Below, piece after piece: positions 26,577 through 33,785 of a stretch of 51,404 bases of DNA. The notes under the pieces are model-generated. The model was given only the letters and a program-made list of their open reading frames with translations, ran no database searches and was not told the origin of the DNA. Every line of letters starts with the position of its first letter. Position 1 is the stretch's first letter. The position numbers and the translations under genes are program-made. The stretch spans positions 1 through 51,404 of the forward strand of contig CABXQY010000002.1 in the NCBI GenBank assembly GCA_902514485.1, given 5' to 3'. Source of the DNA: an uncultured Candidatus Poseidoniales archaeon (lineage in GTDB: Archaea > Thermoplasmatota > Poseidoniia > Poseidoniales > Thalassarchaeaceae).

Positions 26577-27914
26577 ATGCCAGAGATACAGCCATGTAAT
26601 ACAGCCAGCCAAGATGAATACCCATACTGGGTCTCCGATGGAATGGACCAAGGAGAACCCTCGATTTACGATAATGTGATAATCTGGCTCAGAAGCCCTA
26701 GAAGATGGAAGGACAGGAATCTGAAGCGCTACAAAAACATCAGGTATTCGGCTCAGAAGTTCAGGCATACCCTAAGCAGCTTTACTCCCCACGACTTGAG
26801 AGACGATCAGAGGTATATCGAGTTCATCGAGTCATTACAGAGTGAGATTGAGAGTTCCGATCTGGCGCAAACGACTCTGGACGGGTACCTCGGCTATCTG
26901 ACTGGCAAGGTGTTGAAAAATGGAGAGGTCAATCCCCGGATAGTCGAGGAAATCAAAACCCAAATTTTTCTCATTAAGAAGGGGCTGAAGAGGAGAGAGG
27001 TTTTCCATAGGGGAATCGAGGAGGACGAGATCGTCGAGTTCATGAGGTCCCTAGACGAGATGTGCGAGAACCCAGAGACCGCCCCGAACCTCTCGAGGAT
27101 TGCGAACCCAAATTCCTCGAACGCTAAGTCAAAGCGGACTAGCCACCACCTGCTACTAGCACTGAGGGCGTATGCGTACCTGACTCTGGTAAGCGCAGGC
27201 AGGGCAAATTCTATCCGCCGAATCAGGATTTCAGAAGTTAATGAGGACTTTTTCATCAGAGAAATAAGCAAGATGAGAACTTACTCGGAGGCGGTCCGCA
27301 CCAGCATGCCCAAGTGGGTGTTCCAGAGGGTCGAGCCTTACCTAGAATACTGCAGGGAGAACCACCCGGATGCCATATTCCTGTTCAGCGAAGACGAGAA
27401 CAAAAGAGGGAGGGGGACAATCAACCCAAAGACTCTCCAAGAAATAAAGAAAGGTGCGATGAAGAATATCGGAATGGAGCCGACGAGCGCTGGCGGACTC
27501 TATAGGCTTCACGACCTGAGAACGGTTTGGTGCGATTGGATGTACAAGGGAGGCGCCTCAGTGGAGCAGATGTCCGTGTTCCTAGGCCACTCCTCCCCCA
27601 AAGTGACCACCAAGTACTACTTCGCACCGAAACACAAGGAGAGAATGAGACAGGAAGGATGGGAAGCAGGTATGAAAGGACTTGAGGCTCTCTTACAGAT
27701 ACGTGAGAATGCGGATAGGAAAATAGAGGATTTGTACAGGCAACTGCATGAAATCGGCTACTTCTCAGATGGGAAAGGAGGAGGAGTATACCCTGACTGC
27801 TGGGATGAAGTTGATGATAATTGGTCCGCGCTCCCGGACTTGAACCGGGGACCCCCTGATGGCTGCCTACAACCATGTGTTTCCAGTCTACAGTCAGGTG
27901 CTCTAGCCAACTGA
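26577..27914 (+). CDS. int: Tyrosine recombinase/integrase, int(N) form; the last 30 codons are read from the antisense strand of tRNA-Tyr
   Basis: 445-aa ORF. The catalytic boxes are LVSAGRANSIRRIRISE (Arg), LHDLRTVWCDW (HxxR) and FLGHSSPKVTTKYYF (His and the nucleophilic Tyr). The frame crosses the att core as WSALPDLN at 27822-27845 and stops at 27912-27914 inside the tRNA gene. Confidence 0.9.
   Translation: MPEIQPCNTASQDEYPYWVSDGMDQGEPSIYDNVIIWLRSPRRWKDRNLKRYKNIRYSAQKFRHTLSSFTPHDLRDDQRYIEFIESLQSEIESSDLAQTTLDGYLGYLTGKVLKNGEVNPRIVEEIKTQIFLIKKGLKRREVFHRGIEEDEIVEFMRSLDEMCENPETAPNLSRIANPNSSNAKSKRTSHHLLLALRAYAYLTLVSAGRANSIRRIRISEVNEDFFIREISKMRTYSEAVRTSMPKWVFQRVEPYLEYCRENHPDAIFLFSEDENKRGRGTINPKTLQEIKKGAMKNIGMEPTSAGGLYRLHDLRTVWCDWMYKGGASVEQMSVFLGHSSPKVTTKYYFAPKHKERMRQEGWEAGMKGLEALLQIRENADRKIEDLYRQLHEIGYFSDGKGGGVYPDCWDEVDDNWSALPDLNRGPPDGCLQPCVSSLQSGALAN
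27822..27847. repeat. att copy 3 (attR), within the intact tRNA-Tyr
   Basis: TGGTCCGCGCTCCCGGACTTGAACCG is the antisense of the T-loop, 3' T-stem, 3' acceptor strand, A73 and CCA. Confidence 0.9.
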
Positions 27915-27925
27915 GCTAAGCGCGG
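27822..27925 (-). tRNA. tRNA-Tyr (anticodon GUA) with a 27-nt intron at the canonical 37/38 position and an encoded CCA
   Basis: The minus strand folds by hand. The acceptor is CCGCGCT/AGCGCGG and the D arm is GCTC-AGTTGGCTA-GAGC. The anticodon stem is CCTGA/TCAGG and the loop is CTGTAG|intron|A, with anticodon GTA at 27889-27891. The intron is 27861-27887. The variable loop is GGGTC, the T arm is CCCGG-TTCAAGT-CCGGG, the discriminator is A, and CCA follows. The C1-G72 pair is the archaeal/eukaryal tRNA-Tyr identity pair. Confidence 0.85.
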
Positions 27926-28152
27926 GACGAAGCCTTCGAACCGCCATCACCTTATGTTGATTTCCGGTCGCAATTCGAGAGTTGGAGAAAAATAGTGATT
28001 CTCAAATCTGAAAAAAAACACATATCTGGTTCTGATAATCTACTGCGATAATCGGCCTCTTAGACCTAAGGTTATCCTCAACTGTTAATAATGCTAAGAA
28101 TTGCATTAGTGATTTGTAAGGCAGTAATGCCGGGGATGCACGGGGAGATATA

Positions 28153-29280
28153 ATGTCAGGATTACCTCAAGGTTCAGTTGGTATGGATGGCCGTACTACG
28201 ACTACGGGAAGAATCCCTACAGCACTCCGCGATCAGGAATTAGAATCATTTGGAACACCAGACCCTAGAATACTTGTTTGTGGATGCGGTGGTTCTGGAA
28301 ATAACACAATGAATCGTATTACACATATTGGAGTTGAAGGAGCTATTACGGTAGCAATCAATACCGATAAACAACACTTAGATCATACAAGAGCAATGCA
28401 AAAGCTGCTTGTAGGACGTCATATTACACGCGGTCTTGGAGCAGGAGGTGACCCGATAATGGGTCGAAGATGCGCCGAAGCAGGACGCGATGTAATCTCG
28501 AAAATAGTCAGTGGAGCTGACTTAGTTTTCGTTACCGCCGGATTAGGAGGGGGAACCGGCACAGGAATTGCTCCGATTGTGGCAGATGAAGCAAGGCGTG
28601 CAGGGGCCTTGGTTGTCGCAATCGTGACAACTCCTTTTACTGTTGAAAGAAAACAAAGAATGTCAAGAGCACTAGAAGGACTAGACTTATTGAGAAAAGA
28701 AGTAGATGCAGTTCTCGTTCTAGATAACAATAGATTACTGCATTTCGTTCCTAATATGCCACTTAATGAAGCATTCAGTATTATGGATCAATTAATTGCA
28801 GAGATTGTCAAGGGAGTTGTGGAAACAATTACTCTACCTAGTCTAATCAATCTTGATTTCGCAGACGTTCGAACTATCATGAAAGGAGGAGGAGTCACAA
28901 TGATGCTTTATGGTGAATCAGATCAAGGTCCTGAAGAAGTGGTACATGAATCTCTTAATCATCCATTATTGGATATTGATATTGAAGGTGCAACTGGAGC
29001 ACTAATACATGTTACAGGAGGGCCATATATGACTTTAGAACAAGCAAATCAGGTCTGTGATTTGATGACTTCAAAGCTATCTCCGACAGCACAAGTGATA
29101 TTCGGAGCAAGACATGATCCTGCTTTCGGAGATACAATCAAAGTTATGTCAATAATTACTGGTGTTGCAAATAAGAGGTTAGATCAAGAGTTAGTCAGTG
29201 CAGATATGCTTGGAGAAGCCCTAAATATAGCCAGAAAAGCCACAAATCAAGGTAATCAAAGGATCCAAAGATTCGATTAA
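28153..29280 (+). CDS. ftsZ: Cell division GTPase FtsZ
   Basis: It carries the tubulin/FtsZ signature [16 protein letters not shown], the N-terminal GCGGSGNN loop, NTDKQHL and DNNRLL. GGGGAG lies upstream of the ATG. Confidence 0.9.
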   Translation: MSGLPQGSVGMDGRTTTTGRIPTALRDQELESFGTPDPRILVCGCGGSGNNTMNRITHIGVEGAITVAINTDKQHLDHTRAMQKLLVGRHITRGLGAGGDPIMGRRCAEAGRDVISKIVSGADLVFVTAGLGGGTGTGIAPIVADEARRAGALVVAIVTTPFTVERKQRMSRALEGLDLLRKEVDAVLVLDNNRLLHFVPNMPLNEAFSIMDQLIAEIVKGVVETITLPSLINLDFADVRTIMKGGGVTMMLYGESDQGPEEVVHESLNHPLLDIDIEGATGALIHVTGGPYMTLEQANQVCDLMTSKLSPTAQVIFGARHDPAFGDTIKVMSIITGVANKRLDQELVSADMLGEALNIARKATNQGNQRIQRFD

Positions 29281-29333
29281 TCTTCAATCGAGCACCGGTA
29301 AGTTTCAAACCATACGGGTACCGACGGTAGTTC

Positions 29334-30155
29334 ATGGCAACCAACCTTAGGTTACAGTCTGCGGCATTAGTCGTACTACTTCTAGTGAGTTCAATCGGTG
29401 CCCCTACATCAGCACAATTTGTAGATCCTAAGCAACCATCTGTAGATAATCCTCATATGCATATTTATGGAAATAGTGACTTGTCAAATTGTTTTATGCA
29501 TTTCGATGGAAATGATTCTACTGGGTCAGCTGAAGAAGGATATGGAGAACAAGTGTGGCCTGAGCAAGTTAATCAACAGATAGATATGGATTATACTTGT
29601 AGAATGAGTGATAATTTCAAACAAGATATGTATTTGAATCCAAACGGAACTATACAAATAAAATTAGATTTTCAAATTGATGCTGCTGATTGTAATGATC
29701 AAAGTGAATGTCAGAACCTAACTTTGACTTTATACAAAGGAGGCATAGAACTTGCAATGGAAGAATTCCCTGCAATCGATTCAAATGGTAATGATGATTC
29801 ATTAACATGGAACATAGATGTGGACAGAAATATGACTAGATTTAATAAAAGTGGAGAAGAACCACAATTAAGAGTTGAATTCTCAAAACCAGGATATAAT
29901 GGATTCTTAGGTAACTGCTTTGCATTCAAATGTGGTGGAGAATTTAGAATGTATTATGCTGCGACAAATGGGAGCGATACAGGAATTGTTCAATTCCCAA
30001 TAATAAATCAATCTATGCCAGGAGATGGTATGGAAGATGATTCTACGCTCGGTGCTGTCGGTGATGCACTACCTGGATTTGGATTAATGGCTGGAATGAG
30101 CGCTCTTGCAATGGCTGCAGTAGCAGGTTCTAGAATCAATAGAAGAGAAGAATAA
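29334..30155 (+). CDS. Secreted protein with a PGF-CTERM archaeosortase sorting signal
   Basis: The signal peptide is LQSAALVVLLLVSSIGAPTSA. The C-terminus is LPGFGLMAGMSALAMAAVAGSRINRREE, which has the PGF motif, a TM and a basic tail. Confidence 0.75.
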   Translation: MATNLRLQSAALVVLLLVSSIGAPTSAQFVDPKQPSVDNPHMHIYGNSDLSNCFMHFDGNDSTGSAEEGYGEQVWPEQVNQQIDMDYTCRMSDNFKQDMYLNPNGTIQIKLDFQIDAADCNDQSECQNLTLTLYKGGIELAMEEFPAIDSNGNDDSLTWNIDVDRNMTRFNKSGEEPQLRVEFSKPGYNGFLGNCFAFKCGGEFRMYYAATNGSDTGIVQFPIINQSMPGDGMEDDSTLGAVGDALPGFGLMAGMSALAMAAVAGSRINRREE

Positions 30156-30218
30156 ATTAGATCGCTTTTACGGAAATTTATCTCAGACACCTTACATTCT
30201 CTCCTTCAATCGCGAATA

Positions 30219-31475
30219 TCAAAGAGATTCGACGTCTACATTGGTTTCTTCGCCTGTCTCTAAATCTTTGATTCGGACTTTACCATCTTTCCATTCATCT
30301 GGCATAACCATGACAAGACGTTGGGCGCCTGATCTTTCGGCATGTTTGAAAGCCCATTTCAATCTTTTATTCTCTAGAACTAAATCGACAGATCGGCCTC
30401 TTGCTCTAAGAGATGATGCGACATGCATTGCGGCATTTCTTAATTCAGGACTTAAAGAAATTACAACATCATCATTCCCACTTGTTAATTCTGGAACCAA
30501 TCCTTTCTCGGCTAATAGTTCCATGATTACCATGTCACCAAAACCAAATCCAGTTGCAGGTAAATCTTTACCACCTAATGTTGAAAGTAATTTGTCATAT
30601 CTCCCGCCACCACAAATTGCACGTAATTCTCCTGCTCTATCATGAGCTTCGAATACAGGTCCAGTATAGTATGCAAGGCCACGGACAATAGATGCATCAA
30701 ATTCAATCCATTCTGAGATACCATAAGCATCGAGAGCAGAAAATAAACTTGTCAATTCAATAACAGCAGGACTTTCTTCCCCTAACATACTTCTAAGAGA
30801 ATCCATGTCTTTGATACCAAGTGTTGACTGGATTGTCTTTATTGCATTTTCTTCAATACCTAAGGTAGATAATTGTTCACTCACAATATCTGCAGGTAAT
30901 TTATCCATTTTATCGACTATTATACAAGTTTGAGCAAACATATCTCCTACAATACCGAGTGAACCCAATACCTCTTCCAGAACCTTTCTACTGCTCATAC
31001 GAATTACTAAGTCTTCTTCAGTTAATCCTACTCCTTCAAAGAAGGTAACTAGAACAGAAATTAACTCAGCATCGGCTGAAATTTCATTTGTCCCCCAGAT
31101 ATCTACATTCCACTGATAATGTTCTCGCCCTCTACCTCTTTGTGTCCTCTCATATCTCCAACATTGAGGTATAGAATACCATTTGATTGGCATGGGCAGG
31201 GCACCAGCTCTTGACATTACCATTCGGGCTAAGGAAGGAGTCATTTCAGGCCTTAATGCAACCTTACGATCTCCTTTGTCTAGGAAGTTATACAGTTGTT
31301 GAGTGATTTCTTCACCTTGTTTTCTTGTATACAATTCCTCATGCTCGAGAACAGGTGCATCATATTCCTCAAAACCGTGCAATAGAGCCGCATCATCAAA
31401 ATTATCGAATAGCCAATTTCGAAGCCTCATATCCTCCGGATAGAAGTCGCGTGTGCCTCGAACGCCTTGTGCCAT
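30219..31475 (-). CDS. hisS: Histidyl-tRNA synthetase
   Basis: MAQGVRGTRDFYPEDM is the HisRS N-terminal motif, CWRYERTQRGRGREHYQWNVDIWG is motif 2, and CGGGRYDKL is motif 3. The ATG at 31473-31475 is preferred over the track start at 31520, which would overlap the upstream gene. Confidence 0.9.
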   Translation of the reverse strand: MAQGVRGTRDFYPEDMRLRNWLFDNFDDAALLHGFEEYDAPVLEHEELYTRKQGEEITQQLYNFLDKGDRKVALRPEMTPSLARMVMSRAGALPMPIKWYSIPQCWRYERTQRGRGREHYQWNVDIWGTNEISADAELISVLVTFFEGVGLTEEDLVIRMSSRKVLEEVLGSLGIVGDMFAQTCIIVDKMDKLPADIVSEQLSTLGIEENAIKTIQSTLGIKDMDSLRSMLGEESPAVIELTSLFSALDAYGISEWIEFDASIVRGLAYYTGPVFEAHDRAGELRAICGGGRYDKLLSTLGGKDLPATGFGFGDMVIMELLAEKGLVPELTSGNDDVVISLSPELRNAAMHVASSLRARGRSVDLVLENKRLKWAFKHAERSGAQRLVMVMPDEWKDGKVRIKDLETGEETNVDVESL

Positions 31476-31500
31476 GATTATTCCAACAGACAAAGCCACT

Positions 31501-32001
31501 TCAAGCCTTACGTCGTTCACGAAAGTTTTCGAGCCTTTCTTTACGTGTTACACGCCCATCAGAAAGTGGGAATGCATAAAATCTGAGGCCTAAGAATGTG
31601 AAAAATCCAAATGCAGTTGTATTGATTGCCCAAGATATTAGTTCGCCTAATTCGATAACTTCTACTAATACATAGAAAGTAGCTGTTGAAACTATCCAAA
31701 GAACTGTATAAACAATCATCATTTTGGTAAAACTAGTTTTTATGTTAGAATCAGATTCAAAAGTTAACCAACGGTGTAAAACAAAAGCTTGGGCCGAACT
31801 AATCGCAAAAGAAACAGCCCAGCCAAATGTCTCAGGAGAATTTGTAACAGTTAGATAATTAGAAAAGAACCAGTATAAACCTGCAAATATAGCTACGTTG
31901 ATACAACCAACTGCACAATACATCACATACTCTCGTAATAGCTTAGTCCAAGGGTATTCGTCACTTACAATCCTAGACATTCTATTCACAAAAGATTTCA
32001 C
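31501..32001 (-). CDS. GtrA-like membrane protein
   Basis: 166 aa with four TM segments. YVMYCAVGCINVAIFAGLYWFF..HRWLTF resembles the GtrA family pattern. The GTG start overlaps the upstream stop. Confidence 0.55.
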   Translation of the reverse strand: MKSFVNRMSRIVSDEYPWTKLLREYVMYCAVGCINVAIFAGLYWFFSNYLTVTNSPETFGWAVSFAISSAQAFVLHRWLTFESDSNIKTSFTKMMIVYTVLWIVSTATFYVLVEVIELGELISWAINTTAFGFFTFLGLRFYAFPLSDGRVTRKERLENFRERRKA

Positions 32002-33785
32002 GGCTGAGCATGTAGAGTATGTGTTTGTGTCTCTCCATAATCATTTATGAATGTCTCCGGTAGATTTTCTCCTGCTTCTACAATGAATGGATCATTTCCA
32101 CCAGGTAGGGTATCAATCGATACTTCTGCGCCAGTAGGCACATTTCTGTAAAGTGGACGAGGTTCTAAGTCCCAATTACGTGGCCAGATTGAACCATTGT
32201 ATGAGGTTACACGATTTACAAGAATATACTTATTCATACTAATGAATAAACCAGCAGTTACACCCCAGAATAGTAGAATAATAGAGATTCCATGAGCATT
32301 CGTTGGATTCCAAGGATCATGCACATTCAATATTAAATCACTGAAATATGATAGCATTAATACACCGAACATTATTGGGAATCCAAGGTACATGATATAG
32401 TCCCACCAACGACCAATCCACCAGTCATTGTCTCCAGTATTAATGAAATCGTCACGGAAAGGAGAAACTCCATTATCTAGATATTCTCTGAAATTAAATC
32501 CGCTAATATCATTCTCATCTTGCCATGCTCTATATTGGTTCCAGCCATACTTCCAGATTGAATAAGCAATAAATAATCCACTGAACATCAATCCATATCC
32601 CCAAATGTGGTCTTGAACTTCTAAGAACTGTGGAAATGCAACTCCTGAATCTTCGTCTACAAGAATCCATAGGCCTGCACTTGGTAAACCAAACAAAAAT
32701 ATTGCAAGAGTTGTGAAACCTACTGCCTTTTGTCTCTCAATACCGTGATCAACGAAGTTTCTCACGCAGAGTTCTACTGTTGATATCATTGAAGTTAAAG
32801 CAGCAAAAGAAAGTGCTAGGAAGAACATTGTGACCATTAGAAGTTGAACTACAGGACCTCCTGGAGCCTGAGCAAATACTTCTGGAAGAACAAGGAAAGT
32901 AATCGCACTGCTACCACCACTTACTGCACCTAGAGGGTCATCACTGACTGAGAATACTGCCATCATCACTGTCAAACCAGCAATTATGGAAATACTGTTG
33001 TTAGCAAGGCACATAGTAGCAGCATTGAGTGTTGTATCCTCATCTTTACGCATGTATACAGAGTAAGTTATTGCCATACCCATACCTGCAGAACAGGACC
33101 AAGCAGATTGCGATAAACCGTTTATCCATGTTTCAGGCTGAGAAAGATATCCAGGTTGGATACTAAACATGTAAACGAATCCGTCTAATGTGCCATCATC
33201 TAAGTCCATAACAAACGAAAGGAATAATGCTGCAAATAGAAGAATGAAAAGTGAGACCATTAATGTCACATTGACTTTTTCGATTGCCTTAGCACCTTTC
33301 CAGATTGCTGCCATTGTAATCATTACAGCAAGCGCTTGAAAGAAAATGACTTGGAAAGGGTCTTGGAGGAAATCATTCCATACTTGGACGGTATCGACTT
33401 CTGATCCCAATCCTCCGCGAATAGCAGTTTGGAAGTAGTTTATACACCATCCTGTAACTACTGCATAATAGAAACCAATGGCAGTGGATATCCAAGCAGT
33501 CCAGAGTCCCATCCAAGCAAATTTGTTACCTGCAAAAATACGGAAAGTACCGACTGTACCTGTACGACTTCTCTTACCTAGTGCGAATTCTGCTATGATT
33601 AAAGGAACGGACCATAGAAACAAGAAAATTAACCAAGGAACAAGGAAGGAACCTCCTCCATTTGCACCGACCATTCTTGGAAATCGCCAAATATTTCCTG
33701 TACCAATAGCAGCACCAATTGTAGCAAATATTAGCCCTAATCTACCACTAAACTCATCAGAGCTGGATTCACCAGAAGCTTGCAC
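31998..33785 (-). CDS. Sodium-dependent transporter, neurotransmitter:sodium symporter (SNF/NSS) family
   Basis: GAAIGTGNIWRFPRMVGANGGGSFLVPWLIFLFLWSVPLIIAEFALGKRSR matches the NSS TM1-TM2 signature. The protein is 595 aa and multi-pass. Confidence 0.85.
   Translation of the reverse strand: MQASGESSSDEFSGRLGLIFATIGAAIGTGNIWRFPRMVGANGGGSFLVPWLIFLFLWSVPLIIAEFALGKRSRTGTVGTFRIFAGNKFAWMGLWTAWISTAIGFYYAVVTGWCINYFQTAIRGGLGSEVDTVQVWNDFLQDPFQVIFFQALAVMITMAAIWKGAKAIEKVNVTLMVSLFILLFAALFLSFVMDLDDGTLDGFVYMFSIQPGYLSQPETWINGLSQSAWSCSAGMGMAITYSVYMRKDEDTTLNAATMCLANNSISIIAGLTVMMAVFSVSDDPLGAVSGGSSAITFLVLPEVFAQAPGGPVVQLLMVTMFFLALSFAALTSMISTVELCVRNFVDHGIERQKAVGFTTLAIFLFGLPSAGLWILVDEDSGVAFPQFLEVQDHIWGYGLMFSGLFIAYSIWKYGWNQYRAWQDENDISGFNFREYLDNGVSPFRDDFINTGDNDWWIGRWWDYIMYLGFPIMFGVLMLSYFSDLILNVHDPWNPTNAHGISIILLFWGVTAGLFISMNKYILVNRVTSYNGSIWPRNWDLEPRPLYRNVPTGAEVSIDTLPGGNDPFIVEAGENLPETFINDYGETQTHTLHAQP

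Larger units (their letters stand above)
19846..27847. mobile_element. Integrated plasmid-like element (~8.0 kb) in tRNA-Tyr with an att-partitioned tyrosine integrase
   Basis: 26-nt direct repeats mark both ends. The integrase ORF runs in frame into the right repeat, and the same frame leaves the left repeat for 43 more codons. The interior encodes a PLD-SF3 helicase, a repeat-nuclease, a Zn-finger protein and an orphan ORF. No capsid-like gene was recognised. Confidence 0.85.

Noticed and set aside
26467-26768. ORFs 26467-26679 (+) and 26526-26768 (-) at the 5' edge of the integrase
   Set aside because: They overlap the integrase start region in other frames and have no motifs. The composition shift to GC-rich DNA starts here, which inflates random ORF length.
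27421-27876. 151-aa minus-strand ORF, plus 27314-27505 (+) and 26894-27271 (-), inside the integrase gene
   Set aside because: These are shadow ORFs in a GC-rich coding region. The integrase frame carries all recombinase motifs and the others carry none.
28419-28730. 103-aa minus-strand ORF
   Set aside because: It is antisense to the most conserved part of ftsZ (the GGGTGTG region).
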